Notes under the pieces: model-generated
Told to the model about the DNA's origin: nothing
What the model saw: the letters and a program-made list of their open reading frames with translations, nothing else
Database searches by the model: none
Part shown: positions 29,548 to 38,684 of the stretch, in pieces
Layout of the letters: every line of letters starts with the position of its first letter
Numbering within the stretch: position 1 is the stretch's first letter
Program-made: the position numbers and the translations under genes
Source: Ignavibacteriota bacterium
Lineage (GTDB): Bacteria; Bacteroidota; Ignavibacteria; UBA10030; UBA6906
Direction: 5' to 3'
Length of the DNA: 64,000 nt
Assembly: GCA_963801355.1 (NCBI GenBank)
Contig: CAWDEM010000008.1
Location: 2,432,001-2,496,000, forward strand

Positions 29548-30753
29548 CTACCGGTCAACTTCTCCAAGCACAATGTCAATACTGCCAAGGATTGCCACTA
29601 CGTCGGCGATCATCGCGCCACGACAGATGGCCGGGACCGCGGAGAGGTTGAGGAAGCATGGTGGCCGTACCTTGACACGGTACGGTGATGACGTGCCATC
29701 CGACACGATATAGAAGCCAAGCTCCCCTTTGGGTGTCTCGGTGCGCACGAAGACCTCTCCTGGCTCCGGGCGAATGCGCTTGGGAATAGCCGACTGCACG
29801 TCTCCGGCCGGGAGCTGTTCGACCGCCTGTTCGATAATATTGACGCTCTGTTCCATTTCATGGACACGGACCATGTAGCGGTCCCACGAATCGCCCACCC
29901 TCCCCTTGATACCCATCCCCACCGGGATGTCAAAAGCGAACCGGTTGTAGATGGAATACGGATCGTTCTTCCGGAGGTCCCATTTCACGCCGGAGCCCCG
30001 GAGCACGGGTCCGCTGGCACCGTAGTTGATGGCAACCTCGGGAGGCAGAACGCCGACGCCGGCCGTGCGTTCTTTGAAAATCTTGTTGTACGACAACAGT
30101 TCGTTGAGTTCGGCGATTTTGGGACGGAAGTACTTGCAGAAATCCCGTGTTTTGTCCTGGAAATTCGGCTTCACGTCGTGGGAAAGCCCCCCCACCCACA
30201 TATAGTTATAGAGCAGGCGGGCACCGCAGGTTTCTTCGAAGATATCCAGCACATGTTCCCGATCGCGCATGCAGTACAGAAACGGCGTGTAGGCTCCCAT
30301 GTCGATCCCGTATGTCCCGAGGGCGATCAGGTGGCTGACGATCCGGGAAAACTCCGCCATGATCACGCGGATGTATTCGACCCGCTCCGGGACCTGGATC
30401 TTCAGCAGCTTTTCCATGGCAACAACATAGCCGAACTCGTTGCTCATCGCCGCGACATAGTCGAGCCGATCGACGTACGGAATAACCTGCTGATAGTTGT
30501 TCATGTGCTCGGCGTGCTTTTCAAAGCACCGGTGCAGGTAACCGATTTGCGGAATGGCATCCACAACAATCTCGCCGTCCACGATCAGTTCAAGTCGCAA
30601 CACACCATGGGTGGACGGATGCTGCGGTCCCATGTTGATAACCATCTCTTCGGCCCGGAGCGGGCGTCCCAGTCCGGGAACGGTCGCCCGTCTCCGGCCC
30701 GCCTCGCCCTCTCCGGCTGCGCTTTCCTTTTGTGCTGTAACGGTGACGTCCAT
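29548..30753 (-). CDS. nuoD: NADH-quinone oxidoreductase subunit D
   Basis: NMGPQHPSTHGVLR, GYLHR and GEVDR C-terminus. Confidence 0.97.
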   Translation of the reverse strand: MDVTVTAQKESAAGEGEAGRRRATVPGLGRPLRAEEMVINMGPQHPSTHGVLRLELIVDGEIVVDAIPQIGYLHRCFEKHAEHMNNYQQVIPYVDRLDYVAAMSNEFGYVVAMEKLLKIQVPERVEYIRVIMAEFSRIVSHLIALGTYGIDMGAYTPFLYCMRDREHVLDIFEETCGARLLYNYMWVGGLSHDVKPNFQDKTRDFCKYFRPKIAELNELLSYNKIFKERTAGVGVLPPEVAINYGASGPVLRGSGVKWDLRKNDPYSIYNRFAFDIPVGMGIKGRVGDSWDRYMVRVHEMEQSVNIIEQAVEQLPAGDVQSAIPKRIRPEPGEVFVRTETPKGELGFYIVSDGTSSPYRVKVRPPCFLNLSAVPAICRGAMIADVVAILGSIDIVLGEVDR

Positions 30754-31232
30754 TAGTACGGTACTTTCATGCCGTTGTAGAACTCAGGTACCTGGTAGTC
30801 CTTGCGGAGCGGAAACCCTTCCCAGTCATCGGGCATCAGAATGCGCCGCAGGTCGGGATGGCCATCAAAGACCACGCCGATCATATCGTATGCCTCGCGT
30901 TCCTGCCAGTTGGCGGCTTTCCAGATGGCCTCAACGGACTGGACGTGCGGATGGTCCGCCGTCACTTCTGTTTTCAGGACAATCCTGTGATTCCATTTCA
31001 TCGAGTACATATGGTACACCACACCGAGGCGTCCCTTCGTGTAGTCCATTCCCGTCAGCAACATGAGCGAATCAAATTGCATCCGACCGTCATCGCGGAG
31101 AAACAGGGCGATATCCCGCATTCTGTCGGGTGCAACGCGTATCCAGGGATCCAGCACACCATCCACTTTTGCCTCGAGGATGGCGTCGCCGAAGCTGCCC
31201 TTCAGGGCCTCGTGAATCTCTTGAGCAATCAT
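30753..31232 (-). CDS. nuoC: NADH-quinone oxidoreductase subunit C
   Basis: WQEREAYDMIGVVFDGHPDLRRILMP...PLRKDY; ATG at 31232. Confidence 0.95.
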   Translation of the reverse strand: MIAQEIHEALKGSFGDAILEAKVDGVLDPWIRVAPDRMRDIALFLRDDGRMQFDSLMLLTGMDYTKGRLGVVYHMYSMKWNHRIVLKTEVTADHPHVQSVEAIWKAANWQEREAYDMIGVVFDGHPDLRRILMPDDWEGFPLRKDYQVPEFYNGMKVPY

Positions 31233-31269
31233 GGGTCTTCTTTTTTGTCGATAGTCAGCAGGTGTTGGA

Positions 31270-31764
31270 TCAGGCCGATTTCTTTTTTGCCAGGCTCTCG
31301 CTCCGGATTTTCTCCTTGAGCTTGAGCAAGCCTTCGAGGAGGGCTTCAGGACGGGGCGGACAGCCCGGAATATACACATCCACGGGAATCACCCGGTCAA
31401 CCCCTTTGAGGACATGGTACCCATGTTCCCAGTACGGGCCGCCGCAATTGGAACAGCTCCCCATGGAGATCACATACCGCGGCTCCGGCATCTGATCGTA
31501 CAGCACCTTGATGCGAGAGGCCATTTTGATCGTCACGGTCCCTGCAACGATCATTGCGTCAGCCTGCCGGGGGGAAGAACGGAAAAACGTTCCGAACCTG
31601 TCCAGATCGTAATGCGATGCGCCCGTCGCCATCATTTCGATCGCGCAGCAGGCCAGACCGAACTGAATGGGCCAGATGGAAGACAGACGCGCCCAGTTGA
31701 GCAGGCTGTCGGTGGAAGTGATAAGGATATTGCTGTTTTCAAAGCGCTGGTCAAGCAGTCCCAT
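31270..31764 (-). CDS. nuoB: NADH-quinone oxidoreductase subunit B
   Basis: [16 protein letters not shown] and PGCPPRPE motifs. Confidence 0.97.
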   Translation of the reverse strand: MGLLDQRFENSNILITSTDSLLNWARLSSIWPIQFGLACCAIEMMATGASHYDLDRFGTFFRSSPRQADAMIVAGTVTIKMASRIKVLYDQMPEPRYVISMGSCSNCGGPYWEHGYHVLKGVDRVIPVDVYIPGCPPRPEALLEGLLKLKEKIRSESLAKKKSA

Positions 31765-31774
31765 AGCGTTCCTG

Positions 31775-32212
31775 TCAGACGGCTATTTCTTCTTCAGTGA
31801 GCGGTGCCTCACGCACGCCGACTCCGCGTTCGTACCGCGGAATTCGTGGTGCGGGTTTGTCCCATTCCAGATCGCCTTTCCGCCAGACGTACGCGTACCC
31901 CGCGAGCAGAATAGTGAGGAACACGATCATCTCGAAGAATGCAAACCATCCGAGGGAGTTGTAGACGAGCGCCCAGGGAAAGAGGAAGACCACCTCTACG
32001 TCGAACACAATGAAAATCAAGGCGATAACGTAGAAACGGATGTTGAACCTCATGCGGGAATCGCCGACCGGGCTTTCGCCGCACTCGTAGGTCGTGCGCT
32101 TGCTGGGATACGGGCGATCCGGACGGAGAAACCATGCGATCGCCATCCCGATGGCAACGAACACGACACCGATGAGGATGAAAATAAACACACGACCGAA
32201 TTCGGTGAGCAT
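31775..32212 (-). CDS. nuoA: NADH-quinone oxidoreductase subunit A
   Basis: [17 protein letters not shown] and WRKGDLEW motifs; GGAG RBS before ATG 32212. Confidence 0.95.
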   Translation of the reverse strand: MLTEFGRVFIFILIGVVFVAIGMAIAWFLRPDRPYPSKRTTYECGESPVGDSRMRFNIRFYVIALIFIVFDVEVVFLFPWALVYNSLGWFAFFEMIVFLTILLAGYAYVWRKGDLEWDKPAPRIPRYERGVGVREAPLTEEEIAV

Positions 32213-32282
32213 CAAACGAGGTCTCCGGAAACAAGAGGGTGAGATTCTACGTGCGAAGACAGGTGTCAAACAACGGTATTTG

Positions 32283-32311
32283 AAGATAGAAAATAATGGT
32301 GGAATTGTCAA
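32283..32311 (-). promoter_or_regulatory. Sigma70-type promoter of the nuo operon
   Basis: Minus strand TTGACA-N17-TATCTT. Confidence 0.75.
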
Positions 32312-32316
32312 TAACG

Positions 32317-32344
32317 CCAGCGATGGCCCTGGGGCCATCGCTGG
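32317..32344 (-). terminator. GC-rich hairpin closing the small-ORF transcript
   Basis: ccagcgatggccc / gggccatcgctgg inverted repeat, followed by CGTTATT on the minus strand. Confidence 0.65.
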
Positions 32345-32372
32345 TATCCACAACGTTAGGATCTTCCGGATC

Positions 32373-32603
32373 TCACGCTGTGAGGTCCGCCTGAGGTGAA
32401 GAGGGGCTGGGGACAACCTCCCCGTGGCTATTGTACACCTGCAGGGGAAGTTGTCGTGCGGGCTCATTCATGCGTGGAGAAGTAGCGCGCTCTTCCGGCA
32501 TCTGCGCCTTGACCGTTTTCGCGGGGGCGTGCTCCGTCACTCTCTCCATCGGCACGGCCGCCACGGTCTGACCCGCTCCGCTCACAACACCATTGCTCGT
32601 CAT
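32373..32603 (-). CDS. Hypothetical 76-aa protein, probably disordered
   Basis: GGAG RBS, upstream sigma54-like promoter and downstream hairpin; it fills an otherwise empty intergenic gap. Confidence 0.65.
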   Translation of the reverse strand: MTSNGVVSGAGQTVAAVPMERVTEHAPAKTVKAQMPEERATSPRMNEPARQLPLQVYNSHGEVVPSPSSPQADLTA

Positions 32604-32666
32604 GCGCTTTTCTCCACCCTCAGTTCAGGACACGTTCCCTGCCGCCTCTCCCCTGGTCAAAAAGAA

Positions 32667-32682
32667 TGCAAAAATCACGCCA
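32667..32682 (-). promoter_or_regulatory. Sigma54 (-24/-12) promoter upstream of the small ORF
   Basis: Minus strand TGGCGTGATTTTTGCA (GG-N10-GC with flanking T and TT...A). Confidence 0.65.
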
Positions 32683-32795
32683 TAGTGGAACAACCGAAAA
32701 TGTCCGCAAAACGTCCCCGGGACGGCACCGGGAAAGCAGGGGACCCGGGGCTGCGTGCACATTTGTACATCTGTACATTCCCTGATCACCACATC

Positions 32796-34505
32796 CTAGG
32801 GTTTCTTGACGAGGTATCGTTTGACCTTCTGGGTCGTCGTTTTTTCGAACTCGTTCTCGCGGAGATGGAATGTGCGAATCTGCTTGTACCCCGGAAGTTC
32901 CTTATTCACTTTCGCCACTTCCGCCCCGATCACTTCCTTCATCAGCTCGTCCGTGATCTGGATTCCCCGCGTCTCGGCAAGCTCGATGAACGCCTCCGCA
33001 TCGGGAACAATCTGCGCAGCGATGATCTCGTCATGCTTCTCGTCCGGCTCTCCGTAGATCATCGACTCCAGCACGTAGGGGCTCCGGTGGAGGATGTCCT
33101 CGATTTCCTCCGGGTACACATTCTCGCCCCGTCGTGAGATGATGACGTTCTTCGTCCGGCCGCTAATGTGCAGAAACCCGTCTTCATCCCGGAAGCCGAG
33201 ATCGCCGGTCTTGAACCATTCACCTTCAAACGTATCACGGGTAGCCTGTTCATTCTTGTAGTAGCCCAGCATGACGTTGGGCCCCTTCGCCCACACCTCA
33301 CCCACCCCTTCGTTGTTCGGCGCATGAATCTTGAGAGTCACACCGGGTAAGGGGAGGCCGGCAGCATTGTCCTTGAAGTTATTCAGCTGGTTCAACGCAA
33401 GGATGGGAGCGGTTTCTGTCAACCCGTACCCCTGCAGGAAATTGAAGCCGAATTCCCGTAATCCTTTTGCCACCGTCGGGTCCGGCGCAGCGCCGCCGGC
33501 TATGAAGAGACGGATCTGCCCTCCGAAACGATCGTGTATCTCCTTGAACACCTGCCGCCTGAAACCCTTCCAGCCAAACCATTCCAGGAAATTGCTGGCC
33601 TTAATCAACGGGGGGACCACCTTGGCGGTCACGGGCTTCTCCTGAATGCCCTTGGAGATGCGTTTGAACATCTTGTCGTACAGCAACGGTATCCCGAGCA
33701 ACACCGTCGCGTGTGATGACTGGAGATCGTCCGTCACCGTCTTCAGCGACCTTGCATAGAACACCGAGGCACCAGTGTAGAGAGGGCACAGCATACCACA
33801 GGTACATTCATAGGTGTGGTGCATCGGAAGCACCGAGAGGAACCGGTCCTCCGGGTAGATCATGAGCATCCCCACCATGCCCACGAGGTTGGCCGCCAGA
33901 TTGGCCTGACTCAACATCACGGCTTTGGCCCTGCCAAGAGACCCTGAAGTGAAGATGATCTCCGCCATTTCTTCCGGCACGATGCGCGGAAGATTGTCCA
34001 CGGTGTGCCCCGGGCTCTGCGTGATCAACTCCATCATGGACAGAATTCCCTCGCCTTCGGCCGGGCGGTCCATGTTCATATAGAATTTCAGGTTCTTCAG
34101 GGACATGCGCCGTTCACTGAGCATGGGTTGAAACGCCTCAGAATAGATCACCGCCACGGAATCCGATTCGTGCAGAATATTCAGGATCTCATTGACCCCC
34201 AGTCTGGCGTCGATCGGCACCACAACATAGTTGAAACACATGAGCGTAAGATAGCTGAGGCCCCATTGCACGCGGTTCTCACCGATGATGGCGATGTGGG
34301 ACCTCTCCGGCAGTCCAAGCGCACGAAGCGCGCCGCCGAAGCGGAGGACCTGTGACAGGATCTCCGCGTAGGTCAACCGCCGCATCGGTGTTTCCTTCAG
34401 ATCCTGAAGCGCCTCTTTGTGCGCGTAGACGTGCGCGGAACGAATCACAAGATCCTGGATGGAGCGGATCTCCGGAACGGTGTTGTAGGTGATTTTGCGT
34501 TTCAT
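32796..34505 (-). CDS. Long-chain fatty acid--CoA ligase (AMP-binding family)
   Basis: IFTSGSLGRAK, QGYGLTE, FKTGDLG and GENVYPEEIE motifs; ATG at 34505 overlaps the fumarase stop. Confidence 0.9.
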   Translation of the reverse strand: MKRKITYNTVPEIRSIQDLVIRSAHVYAHKEALQDLKETPMRRLTYAEILSQVLRFGGALRALGLPERSHIAIIGENRVQWGLSYLTLMCFNYVVVPIDARLGVNEILNILHESDSVAVIYSEAFQPMLSERRMSLKNLKFYMNMDRPAEGEGILSMMELITQSPGHTVDNLPRIVPEEMAEIIFTSGSLGRAKAVMLSQANLAANLVGMVGMLMIYPEDRFLSVLPMHHTYECTCGMLCPLYTGASVFYARSLKTVTDDLQSSHATVLLGIPLLYDKMFKRISKGIQEKPVTAKVVPPLIKASNFLEWFGWKGFRRQVFKEIHDRFGGQIRLFIAGGAAPDPTVAKGLREFGFNFLQGYGLTETAPILALNQLNNFKDNAAGLPLPGVTLKIHAPNNEGVGEVWAKGPNVMLGYYKNEQATRDTFEGEWFKTGDLGFRDEDGFLHISGRTKNVIISRRGENVYPEEIEDILHRSPYVLESMIYGEPDEKHDEIIAAQIVPDAEAFIELAETRGIQITDELMKEVIGAEVAKVNKELPGYKQIRTFHLRENEFEKTTTQKVKRYLVKKP

Positions 34506-36025
34506 GGTTTTCCCGGCTCCACAAATTTGGCGAGTTCTTGAGACGAACGCTGTTCGACGTCCGCGTGCAAACTGTTCCCGTGCGCATCCATTGTCACAAT
34601 CGCGGGAAAATCCTTTACCGTAATATGCCACATGGCCTCGGGAATGCCGAAATCCAGAAAATCCACACCCTGGACGCCCGTGATGCACTGCGTGTAGTAT
34701 TGCGCCGCACCGCCGATGGCGTTCAGATACACCGCCCCGACCTCCTGCAGTGCGGCAAGCGTCTTCCGCCCCATCCCCCCTTTCCCGATCACGGCACGTA
34801 TGCGGAACTTGCGAAGGATATCCGCCTGGTACGGTTCTTCCCGGCCGCTCGTGGTCGGCCCGGCTGCATTCAGGTACCACGTGTCGTCCTTCCTCAGGGC
34901 CACCGGACCGCAATGGTATATCGCGCCACCGCTCAACTCCACGGGCGAGTCGTGTGTCATCAGGTGGTGGTGTAAGCTGTCACGTCCCGTATGCATCGGG
35001 CCATTCAGAAGCACGACATCACCGACCTTCAGCGCTCTCACCTGTTCCTCGGCAAGGGGCAGTGTCAACCGGATTTCGCGGCCTGAAAGCGGCACGCCGG
35101 CCCCGCGCGCCATCCTGATCGCGGGGGTATCATCTTTGTAGAGCCAGCGCAGAAGCGCGCCGGTCCGGCTGTCGATGACGACCCCCAGGCGCCGGAAGGC
35201 CCAACAGTTGTACGCGACGGATACGAAAAAGCTGGCCGGCAACCTGTGCAGGGCGGCGATCTTGCAGCCTATCAACGTCGCATTCCCGCCGAACCCCATC
35301 GTCCCGATCCCGAGTTCGTTGGCGTGCTCGAGAATATACTGTTCCAGCCCGGCCAGCTCAGGCACCGGATTGACATCATCCAACGACCGGAACAGCTGCG
35401 CCTTCGCACATTGATACCCTGATGTTCTGTCACCGCCGATCGCCACCCCTATCGCACCGGCGCTGCACCCGTGGCCCTGTGCCTGCCACACCGCGTGGAG
35501 AATGCACTTCCTGACGCCGTCAAGGTTCCGGTCTGCCCTCCCCAGTTGCGGCAATTCACAGGGGACGGAATACTGGATGTTCTTGTTTTCACAGCCGCCG
35601 CCTTTCAGCAGCAGGCGGACTTCAATGTCATCATGTTCCCACTGGTGGAAGTGAACGACAGGAGCGCCTTCACCCAGGTTGTTTCCGCTGTTCTTTCCCG
35701 TCAGGGAATCGACGGCGTTCGGACGGAGTTTCCCCTGCTTCGTGGCCTCGGCGATCGCTTTGCGTATCTCCTCCTCCATGCGAATCTGGTTCGCTCCGGG
35801 CGGGACCATGATCTCGAATGTCGGCATGCCGGTGTCCTGGCAGATCGGCACCTGGCCGTCGCACGCAAGATCAATGTTGACGGCAATGGTCTCCAACGCG
35901 AGCATCGATTGGGTCGCGGGCGTTTCACGATCCCGCGCGGCAATGATCGCCCGGCGCACGTCCGGGGGAAGATTGCTGGACGTCTCCACAATCAGTTCGT
36001 ACATGCTTGACGCAAAATGTTCCAT
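34502..36025 (-). CDS. Class I Fe-S fumarate hydratase (fused alpha/beta type)
   Basis: PICQDTG, KGGGCEN, GPTTS and IGKGGMG motifs; GGAGG RBS before ATG 36025. Confidence 0.9.
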   Translation of the reverse strand: MEHFASSMYELIVETSSNLPPDVRRAIIAARDRETPATQSMLALETIAVNIDLACDGQVPICQDTGMPTFEIMVPPGANQIRMEEEIRKAIAEATKQGKLRPNAVDSLTGKNSGNNLGEGAPVVHFHQWEHDDIEVRLLLKGGGCENKNIQYSVPCELPQLGRADRNLDGVRKCILHAVWQAQGHGCSAGAIGVAIGGDRTSGYQCAKAQLFRSLDDVNPVPELAGLEQYILEHANELGIGTMGFGGNATLIGCKIAALHRLPASFFVSVAYNCWAFRRLGVVIDSRTGALLRWLYKDDTPAIRMARGAGVPLSGREIRLTLPLAEEQVRALKVGDVVLLNGPMHTGRDSLHHHLMTHDSPVELSGGAIYHCGPVALRKDDTWYLNAAGPTTSGREEPYQADILRKFRIRAVIGKGGMGRKTLAALQEVGAVYLNAIGGAAQYYTQCITGVQGVDFLDFGIPEAMWHITVKDFPAIVTMDAHGNSLHADVEQRSSQELAKFVEPGKP

Positions 36026-36036
36026 GCAACCTCCAC

Positions 36037-36729
36037 TCAAGTGCTGTAGTCGGGCTGGTTGACATACGGGATGGGGTCGGGAATGCCGGCCTGCTGGAAG
36101 CCGCGCAGGCGGAGCGCGCAACTGTCACACACACCGCAGGCGGCATCTTCGCGTTGATAACACGACCACGTCAGATGAAAAGGTGCTCTGAGTTCAACCC
36201 CTTTGCGAACGATTGCGGTCTTCGTCAGATGAAGAAGCGGCGTGATGATCTGGATGTGCGTCTCAGGCCGGGTCCCCTCGCGGACGACCGCATTGAACGC
36301 TTCATAGAAACTGCGCCTGCAGTCGGGATATCCCGGGGCATCTTCCTCAACCGCGCCGATAAACACTCCTTCCGCCCGGATCACCTCCGCCCAGCTCACC
36401 GCCGCAGCGAGGAGATTCGCATTCCGGAAAGGCACATAGGATGTCGGAATCCCCGCCGGACGCAGATTCGCCGGCGTCACCTGCATCGTGCGGTCTGTGA
36501 GACTCGACCCCCCGATCACTGCTAGGTGTTCCATCGAAACGGACAACGACTTCGTGACGCCGTAGTGAGCGGCAATCTCCCGGAACGCGCGGAGTTCACG
36601 TGCTTCCGTGCGCTGGCCGTAATTCAAATGAAGGAATGCACAGTCGAAGTCGTGCGCGGCAATCGCCGCCGTGACACAACTATCCATCCCCCCGCTGACA
36701 AGCACGACAGCACGAGGTCGTGGCATCAC
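36037..36729 (-). CDS. queC: 7-cyano-7-deazaguanine synthase
   Basis: SGGMDS, YVPFRN, GYPDC and TWSCY...CGVCDSC motifs. Confidence 0.96.
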   Translation of the reverse strand: MMPRPRAVVLVSGGMDSCVTAAIAAHDFDCAFLHLNYGQRTEARELRAFREIAAHYGVTKSLSVSMEHLAVIGGSSLTDRTMQVTPANLRPAGIPTSYVPFRNANLLAAAVSWAEVIRAEGVFIGAVEEDAPGYPDCRRSFYEAFNAVVREGTRPETHIQIITPLLHLTKTAIVRKGVELRAPFHLTWSCYQREDAACGVCDSCALRLRGFQQAGIPDPIPYVNQPDYST

Positions 36730-36793
36730 GCACCGTGGTAGGATTGACCGAGTTAGAGTTCTGGCATGCGGTGGTGGGACAGTCTCACCGGGC

Positions 36794-36824
36794 TAACATA
36801 AGAAGAACATCAAGGAAATGCAAG
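36794..36824 (-). promoter_or_regulatory. Putative sigma70-type promoter for the queC-fumarase-ligase unit
   Basis: Minus strand TTGCAT-N17-TATGTT. Confidence 0.5.
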
Positions 36825-36914
36825 GCGCTGATGATGGCCTTGAGAGGGGGGCCGGGGAGGCCCGGCGAGAGAGAAAGTGCAAGAAAGACGGGTGCTCTAC
36901 CGCGCAAGGTTGGA

Positions 36915-37023
36915 CTAGTGCCGTCCCAACGATCTTCTGCTAGCAAAGAACTCGGAGGATCGTTGTTGGGACGTGCCCTGTGCCCCCCCTGTTCATAGCA
37001 AATGAAAGTTGTGGGGGCACTAG
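36915..37023. other. Twin related hairpins; candidate structured RNA or REP-like element
   Basis: Stems cgtcccaac/gttgggacg and gtgccccc/gggggcac, each with an apical TAGCAAA; outer ctagtgcc/ggcactag can also pair. Confidence 0.5.
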
Positions 37024-37640
37024 GCCAGCACCTGTTTTCTGCGCAGAAGGGTCTGCGCAACTGCCGCGGCGACCACCTCGCCATCTGCCGGTTTCACGAT
37101 AAAATCATCGACGCCGAACCGCTTGCCGGCGATCAGGATGTCCCGATCGATGCGTGTGGCATGGAAGAGAAATGGAATGTCTTTGAAGGCGGGGTTGCTG
37201 CGCACCCAGAGAAAGAGGTCAAACCCGCGAGGCCCGGACTCAAAATTCACCTCTGACACCACGACATCGGGCAGGAGTCTTGACAGCGCCTCGACGGCTT
37301 CGTCATACGTGGCCGCTCCGATCCACTGGTATCCGTGCCGGCGCATGGTCGTGCCAAGGCCGGTGAGCACCCGCTCATCCTGATCAACACAGAGCACCAG
37401 CTCATTTCTCCTCGTGTGTCCGTTGCGCTGGCTGGATCCGGTGTGCCGCTGGCCGATCTCGGTCAGCAGCGCCTCGATCTGGGAACGCAGCGCCAGGCCG
37501 TCGCCGTTGGCAGGATCCATGGTCAGTATGGTGTCGACGGCCTCACGCGCGACCGGGTACCGTCCCATACGGACGAATTCGGAAGCTCTACGGACAAAAT
37601 GCTCGATTTTCGCCTGGTGAAACGTCTCACGGGGTGTCAT
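37020..37640 (-). CDS. TPR-like N-terminus plus atypical receiver domain
   Basis: LCVDQD, PDVVVSEVNF, IPFLF and DDFIVKP give a receiver pattern, with Glu at the phospho-acceptor position. Confidence 0.8.
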   Translation of the reverse strand: MTPRETFHQAKIEHFVRRASEFVRMGRYPVAREAVDTILTMDPANGDGLALRSQIEALLTEIGQRHTGSSQRNGHTRRNELVLCVDQDERVLTGLGTTMRRHGYQWIGAATYDEAVEALSRLLPDVVVSEVNFESGPRGFDLFLWVRSNPAFKDIPFLFHATRIDRDILIAGKRFGVDDFIVKPADGEVVAAAVAQTLLRRKQVLA

Positions 37641-37784
37641 GAATGGTGCATCCTTCAGTCGGCTGTGTTGATGCGCTGGTTGGAAAGGTGCGCAACGCAA
37701 TCTACACAATTGGCATCGGCAAGGATGTGCCCCATGTCACTGCCTGCCGGGTGTCACCGATGTGCGGCAACACCTGCAGGCGGT

Positions 37785-38657
37785 TCACGGCTGAATGAGA
37801 TTGAGCATCAGGAGGGCGGTAAGAGCGAGGCCCAGGAGGAGACGGTAGACGACAAACACCAGGGTGGTATTCTTCATCAGATAACGGAGCAACCAGGCAA
37901 TAGCGGCATAACCGGATATCGCCGCCACAACCGTCGAGAGCGCAAGGTTGGCGAGGCCGAGTGCGAAAACGTCGTCGCCGGCCCGTAGCATGCCGGCGAC
38001 CTTCAGCAGTTCGAACATGCCGCTCGCAAGCACGGCGGGAATGCTGAGCAGAAAGGAAAAACGTGCAGCGGATTCCCGCTGCAATCCGAGAAACAACCCC
38101 GCCGTGATGGTCGTTCCGGAGCGGGACGCTCCCGGGATCAGTGCACATGCCTGTGCAAAACCGATGACGAGAGCATCCACCCAATGCATCTGATGGATTC
38201 CCCGCACATGCCGTGCGAGCTTCTCAGCCAGCCAGAGGAGCGCGGCGAGCCCGACCAGGCTTGCGACGATGACCAGGAGGCTCTTCGTCAGCGCGCCTTC
38301 GATCTGGTGGCGGAAGAAGTACCCGATCAGGGCCACCGGCAGTGTGCCGAGTGCGATCAGCCAGCCCAGCCGTGCCTCGGGTCCGGCCGGTTGCGACCAG
38401 CTCCCGCGCAGGCGCTGGCGTGCATCACGGAAGACCGCAATGATCATCTGCAGGATATCGCGGCGGAAGTACAGAAGCACGGCGGCCATCGTCCCGAGTT
38501 GCATGACTGCAATGAAGGCAGTCCAGGCTTCGGGATGTTCCTCGCTCACAAGGCCGAGAACCTTTCCGGCGATCGTCAGATGCGCAGTACTGCTGATCGG
38601 CAGGAATTCGGTCAGGCCCTGCACGATGCCGAGAACAATGGCTTCCAGTAAATTCAC
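37785..38657 (-). CDS. uppP: Undecaprenyl-diphosphatase
   Basis: QGLTEFLPISSTAH and PGASRSG motifs. Confidence 0.97.
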   Translation of the reverse strand: MNLLEAIVLGIVQGLTEFLPISSTAHLTIAGKVLGLVSEEHPEAWTAFIAVMQLGTMAAVLLYFRRDILQMIIAVFRDARQRLRGSWSQPAGPEARLGWLIALGTLPVALIGYFFRHQIEGALTKSLLVIVASLVGLAALLWLAEKLARHVRGIHQMHWVDALVIGFAQACALIPGASRSGTTITAGLFLGLQRESAARFSFLLSIPAVLASGMFELLKVAGMLRAGDDVFALGLANLALSTVVAAISGYAAIAWLLRYLMKNTTLVFVVYRLLLGLALTALLMLNLIQP

Positions 38658-38684
38658 GCAATCTCCGTCAGAGTGGCACCATAC

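Noticed and set aside
32796-34913. N-terminal extensions given in the ORF track (also for mscL, nuoA, nuoC, crtZ, mutA, trxA, fumarase)
   Set aside because: The extensions overlap upstream genes or promoters; family similarity and RBS positions support the shorter starts.
36730-36800. preQ1 riboswitch upstream of queC
   Set aside because: No short stem with the conserved loop and A-rich 3' tail.
36915-36990. c-di-GMP-I riboswitch-like words on the minus strand (GCACAGGGCA...GGGACG)
   Set aside because: Lacks the GCAAA/GNRA elements and the second stem; kept only as an unexplained structure.
37718-37735. Sigma54-like GGCAC-ATCC-TTGC upstream of the pseudo-receiver gene
   Set aside because: Spacing is one base short of the strict -24/-12 consensus.
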